Part shown: positions 23,401 to 36,933 of the stretch, piece after piece
Numbering within the stretch: the stretch's first letter is position 1
Layout: each line of letters begins with the position of its first letter
DNA from: Leucoraja ocellata
Lineage: Eukaryota
Length of the DNA: 64,000 nucleotides
Direction: 5' to 3'
Assembly: GCA_036785375.1 (NCBI GenBank)
Contig: JAWMAR010001853.1
Span: forward strand, 62,001 to 126,000
Notes under the pieces: generated by a model
Told to the model about the DNA's origin: nothing
Databases searched by the model: none
What the model saw: the letters and a program-made list of their open reading frames with translations, nothing else
Translations under genes and position numbers: made by a program

Positions 23401-26400
23401 TGTCGTGAGACCAGACAGGTTGAGCGAATAAGATTTTTTATTTTTAATAAAAATGAACAACGAAAGCCCGTGAAGTTCGCGAGTCTGTCTGCACTAACAA
23501 TAATAAGCTCCTGTCGCTTGGAGGAGCGCTGACTAATTGACGGACACACCCCAAAAGCCCGTGAAAACTGACACCCCACAGTCACATGACCACAACGTCC
23601 AATGAGGAGGGTTTTGCCCTCTCCACCCCACCACTAGCTGCCGCTACAAGACCTCCCCCCCAGAACCCGAGGAGAGGAAACGAGCGGACGTCCGAATGAT
23701 CAGCCCAGACCGAGTGGAGACAGGAGGATCAGGCACAGCCGGCACCACGGGCAGAGCAGAAGGGACTGGCACAACTGACGCCCCAGGTAGAACAGGGCAA
23801 ACAGGTGGAAAAGGGGAAACAGGCACAACAGGTGCAACCGGGGAACAGGGCGCGGCCAGCGGACGACCCCTACGCCAGGGTTGGACCAGCACCACTGGGC
23901 TGTCGATATCCAAATGAGCAGGCTTGAGGCAGGCCACCGACACAATCTCCTCACAAGTAATTGGTCTACCCAATCTAGGCCAGTGAGCCGCGCCTTCAAT
24001 GCCGAGTTCAAATGCCTGTGGAAGCGTTCGATCAACCTGTTGGCCTGTGGGTGATACGCGGTGGTATGATGCAGCTGCGCACCATACAACTGAGCCATGG
24101 CCGACCACAAGGCAGAGGTGAACTGCGCCACCCAGTTGGCCGCGAGAGCCCGGACACAATTCGCAGCGGAGGTGTCGGACAGCGGAATAGCTTCAGGCCA
24201 CCGTGTGAAACGATCCACAACCGTGAGCAGGTGAGTGGCACCATGAGACGACGGCACAAAACGGTAGGAAGGAACCACGAAATCCTGAAGCAGCGCACGA
24301 ACATGCCGCTGGACATTAAACGTCTGGCAAGGAATGCAGGCCCTGGCCCATGCTGCAACCTGCTTCCGAAGGCCATGCCACACGAACTTGGCCGCCACCA
24401 GTGCAGAAGTCGCCCGGATGGGAGGATCAGCCAGTCTATGAATAGAGTCGAAAACGCTCCTCTGCCAAGCAACCGGAATGACAGGTCGCGGCCGGCCGGT
24501 GGAAGTATCGCACAGGACCGCCACCTCTGCAGAGCCGAACAGCACATCGGCCAAAACCAATTCCAATGCAGCAGTACGATATCCTTGCATCTCGTCACCG
24601 TCGCGTTGGGCAGCAGTGAGCGCAGCATAATCCAACCCCGGGTCGACGGACAGCACAGCGTGGACAGCAGGGGGAGACAAAGCATCGGCCACTAGAATCA
24701 GCTTGCCGGCCACGTGTCGAACATCAGTTGTAAACTCAGAAAGGAAAGCCAGGTACCGCTAATTCCAAGCAGACCGGGGATCAGACACCTTCGCAAAGGC
24801 AAACGTGAGAGGTTTGTGGTCCGTAAAGGCGGTAAATGTCTTGCTCTCCAGAAAATATTGGAAATGTCGACCGCCAAATAAAGAGCCAACAGCTCAATGT
24901 CGAAAGCACTGTAATTGCGCTCAGGAGGGCGTAGGTGCCAGCTGCTGAAAGCGAGCGGTTGCCAACGACCACCGATGAACTGTTCAAGGATCCCTCCGAC
25001 AGCAGCATCAGAAGCATCCACGGTATGGGCGGTGGGGGCCATGGCCCGCAGGTGCACCAGCAACGTGCTCGCAGCAAGCGCCTCCTTGGCACCCTCGAAA
25101 GCGGTGTCAGTCTCAGTGGTCCACACGAGATCCCGTGGCTTACCGGCCAGGCACGGGAACAAAGGCCGCATGATCCTAGCCACCGCTGGCATGAAACAAT
25201 GGTAAAAGTTCACCATTCCCACAAACTCCTGCAGACCCTTGATGGTAAGCGGCCGAGGAAACCGCCAAATCGCCCCCAACTTGCAGGGAAGAGGCGTAGC
25301 ATCCTGTGGGGTAACGTGGTGCCCCAGGAAGCAGATGGAGCTGAGACCGAACTGGCACTTGGTGATGTGAATGACCAAACCATGATCCCGGAGCTGCTGG
25401 AACAGCGTGCGGAGGTGCTCACAGTGTTCGCGATGAGAACGGTTGGCGACAAGAATGTCATCGAGGTTCACGAAAACAAAGTTTAAACCATGAGCAACCA
25501 TGTCCATCAAACATTGAAAAACCTGCAAGGCGTTGTTAAGTCTAAAAGGCATCCGCAGCCACTCAAACAGGCCAAACGGAGGAATGATAGCAGTCTTGGG
25601 CACATCATCAGGGTGGACAGATATCTGATGGTAGCCACGAACCTGATTGACCTTCGAAAATATGGTAGCACCATCCAGGTGAGCCGTGAAATCCTGGATA
25701 TGCGGGACCAGGTAGCGATCGACGGTCGTGACATTATTCAGGCGCCGATAATCCCCACATGGCCGTCACACCCCGGACGACTTAGGAACCATATGAAGTG
25801 GGGAAGCCCAAGGGCTGTCGGAACGCTTCATGTACCCCATGTGCCAGAACTCCTCTCGCGCTAAATGTAACTTGTCGGGCGGGAGGCGGCGCGCCTGAGC
25901 ATACAGTGGAGGGCCAGCGGTGAGTATGTGATGCACCACCCCATGCCTTGGTGCCGCCGAATGGAATCGCAGGGTCAGAATCTTCGGGAACTCCGCCAGG
26001 ATCGGGACATAAGCCCCGCCCACATCCAACACAGACCCGAGCTGCGGATCGGGAGCAACCACGGGCCACAGGCTGGCGGCAGGCCGGAGGAATAACGTGC
26101 TGGCCCCGGACGTCCACCATGAGGGAATAAGCCCACAGAAAATTGGCCCCGAGCAACGGGTGGGACAAATCGGCAACTGTGAAGGGCCACAAATAACGCT
26201 GAGAATCAAGGACAAACGAAACAGTCCGAGTCCCGTATAAGCAAATGGGGCTGCCATTAAATCAGGGCGGGGCCACACCTACCAGCACGGGTATCGAGGC
26301 CGGTCGAAGGTATGATGCTGATCTCAGTCCCAGAGTCCACGAGGAAGCGAAGCACCGAATGGCGATCCCTGACGTTCTGGCCGACCGCGATGGCCTCTAC

Positions 26401-27019
26401 TGACGATCGGCCGAGGCATTTCCCGAAAACGAGCAAGGGGCACGACATTAGTGGGCCTCCGCACCCCAGCGTTGGTGGTAATAACACCACTGGCGCTTAC
26501 TGCAACCACGGCGGTGGATGGCGAGCCAGCAAAGTCATCCCGAGGAGGAACAGTCCGGTGAGGCTGCTGTGACGATGGCACGGACACCCGGCTGATGGAA
26601 TCACCATACTGTAGCGGGTCGCATCCGCAACGATCTGGCGGAGATCAAACTGGGCCTCGATGTGTGTTAAGTACGACCGCATTCTGTTGGGTGGGCGAGT
26701 CATCGAAGTTCTCGTCGACATACATGGCGAGAAAAATATCCCAAAAACGTTTGGATCATCGGGGTCACCAAATGTGGTGAGACCAGACAGGTTGAGCGAA
26801 AAGGTTTTTTATTTTAAATAAAAATGAACAACGAAAACCCATGAAGTTCAAGAGTCTGTCTGCACTAACAATAATAAGCTGCTGTCGCTGGGAGGAGTGC
26901 TGACTAACTAACGGACACACCCCAAAAGCCCGCGAAAACCGACACCCCGCAGTCACATGACCGCACTGACCAATGGGGAGGGTTCTGCCCTCTCCTCCCC
27001 ACCACTAGGTGCCGCTACA
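23401..27019 (-). mobile_element. Ty3/Gypsy LTR retrotransposon, frameshifted, two LTRs
   Basis: LTRs at 23401-23648 and 26773-27019 (TG...CA) with a 4-bp TSD ATGT. PBS TGGTGACCCCGA (tRNA-Trp type). PPT GGGGGGGAGG. Protease FLVDSG, RT NLDDILV, RNase H VDASD, integrase VVDRFTRWPEA/YHPQAN. Confidence 0.96.
23700..26490 (-). pseudogene. pol: Gypsy pol pseudogene (PR-RT-RH-IN)
   Basis: ORFs 26257-26490, 25766-26278, 24698-25603 and 23700-24713 occur in the canonical Gypsy domain order, broken by frameshifts. Confidence 0.92.
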
Positions 27020-27270
27020 ATGTCAGATAAAGAGAGAAGAGGAGATGTGAATTGTAAAGCTGGAAGTTGGAATGGGAGTGGTGAAAAAGAGGAGTGATAA
27101 AGGGAAATGTACGACTTGGGGATTGGAGATGCGTGTACAGAGGGGAAAGAAGCAGGGTGAATAGTGTGGTGGAAGAAATGTGTGTGAACTAGAAATGGGG
27201 ATGGGAGCCGAGGAAAGAGTGAGGGAGCGGTGTTAGTGGGGGAAGCTGAAAAGGAGCTGAACATTACCTG

Positions 27271-27485
27271 GTGGTACACAAAAATGCTGGAGAATCTCAG
27301 CGGGTGCAGCAGCATCTATGGAGCGAAGGAAATAGGCAAAGTTTTGGGCCAAAACCCTTCTTCAGGCTTTCGGGTCGAAACATTGCCTATTTCCTTCGCT
27401 CCATAGATGCTGCTGCACCCGCTGAGTTTCTCCAGCATTTTTGTGTACCTTCGATTTTCCAGCATCTGCAGTTCCTTCTTGAACA
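27271..27485. mobile_element. Fold-back Penelope LTR element
   Basis: Long inverted arms. Flanking repeat GAACATTACCTG at 27259-27270 and 27481-27492. Confidence 0.8.
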
Positions 27486-27939
27486 TTACCTGATCAGGTT
27501 ACCAACACCACATGTAAGCAGAATGATTAATCACCTCTCAGGAATTTCAGTCTCCTGCCAGTAACCCTCCAGATTTTCCCAGGGCCTTTGGAGAGTTATC
27601 TTGAGAGACTTAAGTTCCTAAGTTGTTATTTTCCTCAGATATTGAGGTGATTTCAATGTATCTTGGATTCGAGAGTCCTGGGATTGCTCCCCTGGACCAA
27701 TTTGTAAATAAAATTCAATTGACCATGTTGCAAGTATCCATGCATTGTTGAACTTTATTATTACACCAGGATGTGAAGTAAGACAGGAATGCCTTGGATT
27801 AATCACGTCTGGAGATGCCACAATCATCAGTTGATTGAAGTGTTGATGGAGATTTAATTAATTATAGGAGAGATCTGGAATCTGCCTAAGTTTGAATTGG
27901 AGACTCAGTTAATTTACAAAAGATACTCGACTCCGGGCC

Positions 27940-28260
27940 ATAGAACATAGAACAAGACAGCGCAGGAACAGGTCCTTCGGCCCAAAATGTCCCACATGAT
28001 GCCAAATTAAACTTAATCTCCTCTGCCTGCGTGTGATCCAAATCCCTCCACCCCCTGCATATGCATATGCCTATCTAAAAGCCACTTCAATATCTGCCTC
28101 CATCACCACCCCTGGCAGCGGGTTCCAGGTACCTACCCCACTCTCTAAATAAAACTAGGCCCATAAATCCCCTTTAAAGTTTGCCCCCTTCACAAAGCTC
28201 TACCTTCTACTTCTCAATATTTCTACCCTGGACAAAGGTTTTATCTGTCTGCCTACTCAA
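27940..28260 (-). mobile_element. CR1-like LINE 3' fragment
   Basis: (CATAGAA)n tail on the plus strand and a CR1 3' UTR. Confidence 0.7.
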
Positions 28261-28539
28261 CTGCCTTCCTCCAGCCCCAACCCCCATCCCTGCCGCAGGC
28301 CCAACACTCCAGAGCTTCAAATGGCGATCCAGGTAAGGCATCGCCCGCTCCGCGGTGAATCCAATATGTATTTTAAAACCAACTGTTTAATGACAACATA
28401 CAGTAGAATCTAAAAGTGTCACACTGTCACTATCGGGTGGTCATGGTCCTCTAGTCGTGGGGTTGGGGGATTGGGAGGGGGGGTGGGCCTCACAAGTGAA
28501 ATAGCGTAGGGCCTCTCTTCATCTAAATCCAGCCCTGTG

Positions 28540-28829
28540 GAGTGGTGTACAATATGCTCTGAACAGAGACTTCTTCACTACATCTGTACACGCACTAAAC
28601 TTGCGTGTGCTTGTGCATACATCATACGGCATTGCCTATAAATATCCTCATCATCTGTCATTTGTTCTGTACTAAAATGTCCAAGATATTTTACCTTTTT
28701 ACAGACACAAAGATCATTTTCAGACAATTTAAAATCAGGACATTTTAGACATTTATCCTCTTTGGTTCTGCAGATCATAACAGCACACTTACCAGTATTA
28801 TATTTAATATCATGTTCCACATCATACAT
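28540..28829 (-). mobile_element. LINE RT C-terminal fragment (RTEX-like)
   Basis: ORF 28578-28829 contains IKYNTGKC..M...VKYLGH...DDEDIYRQCR. Confidence 0.6.
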
Positions 28830-29146
28830 AGAAGTTGTTGCATTTTAATGCGGAAAGATCAGCTACTTATCTAACTGGCTGACAAGCTAATAACGCTGCT
28901 GGATAGCTGTTATGACCATAGGAATTGGTCACCTCAAACCTGAGGGGTTTGGAGTTAAAATTATTGTGAAACACAGGTGAAACTATTAGTTTGCCATTCT
29001 CACCTCTGCACTGAACATGTGAAATAGATTTAGTTACTATGACCAAGGATGAATTACTCCCTGTTTCCCGAACAACACAGGATATACTGAGTGAATGCAA
29101 GGATCAATCACTTTTGGATAGAGGGCTGATAGCATAGCTCATTTTT

Positions 29147-30722
29147 AGTCAAGTCAAGTTTATTCGTCACATACACATACGAGATGTGCAGTGAAATGAA
29201 AAGTGGCAATGCTTGCGGATTGTGCAAAAACAAAACTACAAAACAGAATGGAACAGAATCACATATTCACATATTATACATTTGTGGGAGGAAAAAAAGA
29301 AAAAAAACAGCAATTTTAAAAAGACACCACACAACAGTAAAATGGTACAGTAAAGTTAGTCCCTAGTGAGATAGGAGTTTACAGTCCTAATGGCCTCTGG
29401 GAAGAAACTCCTTCTTATCCTCTCCGTTTTCACAGCATGGCAACGGAGTCGTTTGCCTGACCGTAGCAGCTGGAACCATCTGTTGCTGGAGGTGGAAGGG
29501 GTCTCCCATGATCTTGTTGGCTCTGGAGTTGCACCTTCTGATGTATACTTCCTGCAGGGGGGCGAGTGAAGTTCCCATAGTGCGTTCGGCCGAACGAACT
29601 TCTCTCTGCAGAGCCTTCTAGTCCTGGGCAGAGCAGTTCCCAAACCAAATGTTGATGTTTCCGGACAAGTTGCTTTCCACAGCCGCTGAGTAGAAGCACT
29701 GGAGGATCCTCAGAGACACTCTGAATTTCCTCAATTGCCTGAGGTGGTAAAGGCGCTGCCTTGCCTTACTCACCAGTGCTGCAGCATGTGATGTCCATGT
29801 CAGATCCTCTGAGATGTGGACTCCCAGGTGTTTAAAGCAGCTCACCCTATCCACAGTATCCCCGTTTGTCTTCAATGGTGTGTACGTCCTCGGATGATGT
29901 GCCCTCCTAAAGTCCACGATTAGCTCCCTAGTTTTTTTTGATAGTCAAGAGGAGGCCGTTGTCCTGACACCAGAGTGCTAGATCAGCCACCTCCTCCCGG
30001 TAGGCCTTCTCATCGTTATTGGAGATCAGGTCCACCACCACAGAGTCATCAGCAAACTTGATTATAGATTTGGAGCTGAACCTAGCCACACAGTCATGTG
30101 TACAGGGAGTACAGTAGGGGCTGAGGATGCAACCCTGGGGGGATCCTGTGCTCAGGGTGAGGGACTTTGATGTATTTCCTCCCATCTTGACTACCTGGGG
30201 GCCTGGCGGTGAGAAAGTCCAGGGCCCAGGCACACACGGGGGTGTTGAGCCCCAATTCCAGCAGCTTCTCAGCAAGTCTGGTGGGGACTATCGTGTTGAA
30301 GGCTGAACTGAAGTCGATGAACAGCATCCTCACATAGCCCCCCTTCTGGCTGTCAAGATGAGAGAGAGCGGTGTGCAGAACCTGCGAGATCGCATCGTCC
30401 GTGGGTCTGTTCGGACAGTATGCGAATTGTAGCGGGTCCATGTTGCGAGGGAGGAAGGCGCAGATGTGTTTCTTGACCAGCTTCTCAAAGCATTTCATGA
30501 CTACTGAGGTGAGGGCCACCGGACGGAAGTCATTCAGACAGGCTGGGGAGACATTTTTAGGTACAGGTACAATGACGGATCTTTTGAAGCAGACAGTGAC
30601 CACGGACTTGGCCAGGGAGAGGTTGAATATTGTAGTGAGCACCGTAGCTAGCTGCGTAACACAAGACTTAAGTACTCGCCCCGAGATGCCATCTGGGCCT
30701 ACAGCTTTCCTCGTGTTCACCC
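29147..30722 (-). mobile_element. Rex1/Babar LINE, 5'-truncated
   Basis: ORFs 30094-30720 ([20 protein letters not shown]), 29928-30275 (GSPQGC, KFADD) and 29618-29917 (FKHLGVHI). AGTCA tail. Confidence 0.95.
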
Positions 30723-31864
30723 ATGCACAGCTCCAGTGCTTGTGAGGAGTATTCAGGGCCTGCTGTTAACAGGGTGTTTATACTCGGACAGATGTTGGGA
30801 TTGGTGAAGTTATTAATTCAAGAAGTACACTATCTTAAATCAGGCATCTCAGAGATTAAACGTACAAACTATTTCCAACTCCAGTTTTGCCTCTTTTATT
30901 CCAGGAAAGGGTTTAAGTTTAGTCACACTTTGCTTGATCTAATTACCAACACCAGCTGGATGCAAAATGGTCAATTGTTTCTCAGGAATTTGAGTCTCCT
31001 GCCAACACACCTGGTAACCCTCCAGTGTCGCCCAGGGCAAATGGACTCAAATTACTCTGGAGAGTTACCAGGTATCTTGGGAGGCTGAGGTTCCTGAGGT
31101 GTAATTTTCTTCTGATATTGTGGTATAATTGGGACTGGTGCCCTGGGGTTTTTGCCTGGCCATGGAGAAAAGATAACTCAATTTTGTCATGCAGCACATA
31201 TCCATGCACTGTGGTACTCGATGTTTTTGATTGCGGTTGGACATTATAGACTGTTTCTAACTTAAAAGGCTTTTTACAGTCACGTCAAATATGTATGCAT
31301 GATTCTGCGGGATAGGGTAGAAGAGACCCAGGAAGTGCTCTGCAGCACACAATATGAAATCATTTCTGGACTTCTGTCTATGTTTGAAGAATTTGTGCTT
31401 ATCCATCACTTATCAACAACCCCCTTTCCTTTCACCCCCCCCCCCCCCCCCCCTCCCCCTGCATCTGTGTCTAATGCTGCAAATATTTATTGCTCTTCCT
31501 CTCCTTAAACTGGAGGGAAACTAAAATTCTCCTGCTCATTACTAATGCACCAAGACCTGTTCATATATAATGTCTGTACCTGTTGATCTATACTAGGTCC
31601 CATTTATGTAATATTTTGGACAACATCTTTAAAAAATATATTTTCAAACCCCTTCATGGTTGAGTCCACCCTCTTTTCAAATTCTAGCATGATGAACATT
31701 AGAGGACTCAGTCGTTATACAATTGATGGCATAGCCTTCAGCTACCAAGGCCTAATCCTCTTGAATTGCCTTTTAAAACCTCTGTTTTATGGTGGCTCTT
31801 CAAACTTATCTATTTGACTGAGACTTTGGTCATCAGTTCTAATATTGTCTAGTGCATTATATAT

Positions 31865-32180
31865 GGTAGTGGCAAACTGGTAGAGCTGCTGCCTCACAGT
31901 TTTAGAGACCCAGGTTCTATCCTAACCTCATGTGCTGTCCGTGTGAAATTGCCATGTTCTCTTTGTAACCCCATGGGTTTTCTTTGGGGGCTGCAGTTTC
32001 CTAAAACTTGCAGGTTGGTAGGTTAATTGGCCATGGAAAATTGCTCCTCATTTTGTGGTGAGCCGAGGAATCTGGGGGGAGTTGATGGAAATGTGAGGAG
32101 AATAGATCACAAAGAAAAGTTAATGGGGAAATTAGATTGGTCGATGAGCTGGATTATACTCAATAAGCCAAAGGTACTTT
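31865..32180 (+). mobile_element. tRNA-derived SINE, degenerate
   Basis: Head ggtagtggcaaactggtagagctgctgcctcacag and box B-like ggttctatcc. Confidence 0.7.
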
Positions 32181-32891
32181 CTTCTGTTATAAGGAAATAT
32201 GAAAATAGCAATGTGTTCAGTAATATTCATGTGAAGCACTTATAATATTTTGTTTCGTGAAGGTGTCATTAAATGGAAATGATTGTTCTTGTAGCAGCTG
32301 CCAATGCTCGAAGCATCTTGGGGGTCAGAAAAGTGCAGTTTCCCATGGTTATATTTTTATACGGTTGTACCTTGCTAATTAAATCAGATTTTAAATACTT
32401 ATTGATTTGCTGTTGTGGGCCATGTTCTCTGAGTGGAAGTTTTGGCAAGGAAAAGGAAGTTTTTAGAAGATAAATAAAGTGACAAAGACTCCAGATGACA
32501 TGGAGTGAGCAAACATATTTAGAGCCCTTGCAATTGAAGTAGTGAAATGCTGTGTTTATTTTTAAATGATGCACTCTGATCCTATTTTATCTATTCACAT
32601 TAAGTTGTAATGGAAAAATAAGCATTATAGATGCAGGAATACTCAGGGAGGTTTGTTTATAATCAGCAGGACATCTGTGTTAAACCTAACTCCCACTCTT
32701 GCAATGAAGTATGGAGTGTGAACAAAGGCATACGCTTAACTTTGTTTCTCGGAAGTTACAAACCTTCACCAAATTTTATTGTTTAAAACCCAGTGGAGTA
32801 ATTTAATGATAAGTTTAACTGCATAAAGCATAATACTGCTGGATTCAGTTGTTGAACAGCCTACATATTAATGGATTAGAGCTGATAGAAT

Positions 32892-32979
32892 GGGCGGCAC
32901 AATCGCGCAGCTAGTAAAGCTGCTGTCTCACAGCGACGGAGACCCAGGTTCGATCCTGACTTCGTATGCTGTCTGTGTA
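32892..32979 (+). mobile_element. tRNA-derived SINE head interrupted by a CR1
   Basis: GGGCGGCACAATCGCGCAGC...GGTTCGATCC. The body appears to resume near 35225. Confidence 0.7.
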
Positions 32980-35222
32980 AATGTGATCATGGCTGATCAT
33001 CCCCAATCAGTACCCGGTTCCTACCTTCTCCCCATATCCCCTGACTCCGCTATTTTTAAGAGCCCTATCTAGCTCTCTCTAGAAAGCATCCAGAGAACCT
33101 GCCTCCACCGCCCTCTGAGGCAGAGAATTCCACAGACTCACAACTCTCTGTGAGAAAAAGTGTTTCCTCGTCTCCGGTCTAAATGGCTTACTCCTTATTC
33201 TTAAATTGTGGCCCCTGGTTCTGGACTCCCCCAACATCGGGAACATGTTTCCTGCCTCCAGCTTGTCCAACCCCTTAACAATCTTATTTGCTTCAATGAG
33301 ATGCCCTCTCATCCTTCTAAACTCCAGAGTGTACAAGCCCAGCTGCTCTCAGCTTATGACAGTCCTGCCATCCCGGGAATTAACCTTGTAAACCTACACT
33401 ACACTCCCGCAATCGCAAGAATGTCCTTCCTCAAATTAGGGGACCAAAACTGCACACAATACTCCAGGCGTGGTCACACTAGGGCTCTGTACACCTGTAG
33501 AAGGACCTCTTTGCTCCTATATTTGATTCCTCTTGTTATAAAGGCCAACATGCCATTCGCTTTCTTCACTGCCTGCTGTACCTGCATGCTTACTTTCATA
33601 GACTGATGTAGAAGGACCACCAGATCCCATTATACTTCCCCTTTTCCCAACTTGACGCCATTTAGATAGTAATCTGCCTTCCTGTTTTTGCTACCAAAGT
33701 GGATAACCTCACATTTATCTGCATTAAACTTATCTGCCATGCATCTGCCATGCATCTGCCCACTCCCCCAACCTGTCCAAGTCACCCTGCATTCTCATAG
33801 CATCCTCACACTGCCACCCAGCTTTGTGTCATCTGCGAATTTGCTAATGTTACTTTGAATCCCTTCATCCAAATCATTGATGTATATTGTAAATAGCTGC
33901 AATCCCAGCATCGAGCCTTGCGGTACCCCACTAGTCACTGCCTGCCATTCTGAAAGGAACCTGTTAATCCCTACTCTTTGCTTCCTGTCTGCCAACCACG
34001 TCTCTATCCATGTCAGCACGCTGCCCCCAATACCATGTGCCCTAATTTTGCCCACTAATCTCCTATGTGGGACCATATCAAATGCTTTCTGAAAGTCCAG
34101 GTACACTACATCCACTGGCTCTCCTTTGTCCATTTTCCCAGTTACATCTTCAAAAAATTCCAGAAGATTAGTCAAGCATGATTTCCCTTTCGTAAATCCA
34201 TGCTGACTCGGACCGATCCTGTTACTGCTATCCAAATGTTCGGCTATTTCATCTTTTATAATGGTCCCCAGCATCTTCCCCACCACCGATGTCAGGCTAA
34301 TTGGTCTATAATTCCCTGTTTTCTCTCTCCCGCCTTTCTTAAAAGGTGGGATAACATTAGCTACCCTCCAATCCACAGGAACTGATCCCGAGTCTATAGA
34401 ACATTGGAAAATTATCACCAATGTATCCACGAATTCTAGAGCCACTTCCTTAAGTACCCTGGGATGCAGACCATCAGGCCCTGGGGATTTATCAGCCTTC
34501 AGTCCCATCAGTCTATCCAACACCATTTCCTGCCTAATGTGGATTTCGTTCAGTTCCTCCATCACCCCAGATCTCTGGCCACTACTATATCAGGAAGATT
34601 GTTTGTGTCCTCTTTAGTGAAGACAGATCCAAAGTACCTGTTCAACTCATCTGCCATTTCCTTGTTCCCCATAATAAATTCACCTTTTTTCTGGCTTCAA
34701 GGGCCCAACTTTGGTCTTAACTAATTTTTTCCTCTTCACATACCTAAAGAAGCTTTTACTATCCTGCTTTTATATTCTTGGCTGGCTTACCTTCATACCT
34801 CATCTTTTCTCCCCTTATTGTCTTTTTGGTTATCTTCTGGTGTTCTTTAAACATTACCCAATCCACTTGCTTTCCGCTCATCTTTGCTACATTGTACTTC
34901 TTCGCTTTAATTTTTATACTGTCCCTGACGCCCCTTGTCAGCCATGGTCGTCCCTTTCTCCCCTTGGAATCTTTCTTCCTCCTAGGAATGAACTGATCCT
35001 GCACCTTGTGTATTATTCCTAGAAGTACCTGCCATTTTTGTTCCACTGTCATCCCTACTCGCGAATCTTTCCAGTCAACTTTGGCCAACTCCTCCCTCAT
35101 GGCCCCATAGTCCCCTTTATTCAACTGCAACACTGACACCTCTGATCTACCCTTCTCCCTCTCCAATTGTAGATTAATCCTGACCATGTTATGGTCACTG
35201 CCTTCTAATGGCTCATTAACTT
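32980..35222 (-). mobile_element. CR1 LINE, 5'-truncated (end of EN, RT, 3' region)
   Basis: ORF 33795-34565 ([32 protein letters not shown]), plus ORFs 34759-35187 and 33079-33336. Same family as 2601-4216. Confidence 0.96.
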
Positions 35223-35894
35223 CGTTAAATTGGACCTAATGTGTAGGGAAAAGTGGGATAACATGGTTACACTATTTGAACTTTGCTGGAATGGGGTGTC
35301 AGCAATATGCCGCTCATTTAGGTGCTGTTTTAGACCTGACTCCTCCTCCCTCAATTCAAAGGGCCAGCGAGACCAGGCCTCTGCATCCAGCTCAGGTAAA
35401 TGGGAATCTCAGGTAGCAGTGGGACAGGGACTCGGGTCCAATATGACCCGGGCCATTCAGCAGCCACCACATCTAATACTGACTGTGAAAGCATCTACAT
35501 CTAACCAACTTAATTTACCCATGCCACCAATACCTTATAACACTTTGTTCAAAGCACTTTTAATTTAAATAACCTTCTGTTAAAAAAACATAACCACCTT
35601 CTTCTCACAGCATGTCATGATGTGATTGTAGGAAGAGTAGTTTTTGTGCTATGTTGACTTCTCGCCACTTTGTAATTAAAATATCAGCAAGTCACAATAA
35701 TTTGTCAACTGCAGTAAACAAGACCTCTTTTTCCACCCATTTATTGATATGGAAAATCCAGCTACGCTGCTCTGACTAAATGTGGTGACTTTTATGGTGT
35801 GGTTTTCACTTTGAGAGTGACATTTTAACATCTGAAATCGAGTAAACACTAAAATCATGCACACAATTTCCAGTTGCATCACTGGGTTTCAGTC

Positions 35895-36445
35895 TTATAG
35901 AAAATAGAACAGTACAGCACAGGCACAAGCCCTTCGACCCGCAATATTTGTGCCAAACACAATACCAGTTTAAATTAATCTCCTTTGTTTGCACGTGATC
36001 CATAATCCCTCTATTCCCTGCATATCTATATGCCTATCTTAAAGCTTCTTAAAGGCCACTAAAGTATATGCCTCTACCACCAACCTTGGCAGCACCCACG
36101 ATTCTCAGTGCAAATCCCGTGCCCTGCACATTTCATTTAAAATGTGTCCATCTCTCTGCAAAGCTATGCTCCCTACTCTTTGATATTTCCACTCTAGCAA
36201 GGGGTTCTGCCTGTCTACTCTATCTATGTCTCCCACAATTTTATATAATTCTATTAGGTCTCCCCTCAGCCTCCAATGCTCCAGAGAAACCAATCCAAGT
36301 TTGTCCAACCCCTCTAACCCAGGTGGCTTTCTGGCAAGCCTCTTCTGCACCTTCTCCAAAGCCTCCACATTATTCCTGTATTGGGATAACCCAAACTGCA
36401 CACAATACTCCAAATGCGACCTAACAAAGTCCTATGAAGCTGTAG
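35895..36445 (-). mobile_element. CR1-like LINE 3' fragment
   Basis: ORF 36105-36413 contains EYCVQF...RLRGDLIELYKI. Confidence 0.85.
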
Positions 36446-36709
36446 CTGGAATAAACTCTTCCAAGGACTGCCTCATTCGGTACTCCAGGCTTACTCACCT
36501 GTCAAACATTATGTCACAATCTGGGAGCGTAGATTTTAGTGACCAGTGAAAGCTTACAATGCTTACAATGGAACTGCTCTGGGATATTCACGACTGTTGT
36601 GTATAAGAGAAGAATATAATGCAAAGGATAGCTGACTCTGTGTCAGCAGAAAATGTTAGACTCAGCAGGTTAGGGAATATCTGTGGAGAGATAACTGAGA
36701 TCACTGGAC

Positions 36710-36933
36710 CGGCACCGTGGCACAGTGGTAAAGTTGCTGTCTTACAGGTCAAGAGACCCGGGTTTGATCCTGACTTTGGTGCTGTCTGTACGGAGTTTGT
36801 ACATTTTCCCTGTGACTACATGGGTTTTCTCCAGGTGCTCCAGTTTCCTCCCACACTCAAATAACGTACAGATTTGTTGGTTAATTGGCTTTGGTACAAA
36901 TTGTAAATCGGCCCAAGAGTGTAGGATAGTGCT
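36710..36933 (+). mobile_element. tRNA-derived SINE interrupted by the Vingi LINE (resumes 40012-40082)
   Basis: Head ggcaccgtggcacagtggt. The body breaks at gtaggatagtgct and resumes atagtgctagcatacggggatcgctggtc...ctgtttctgcgctgtatctc. Confidence 0.85.
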
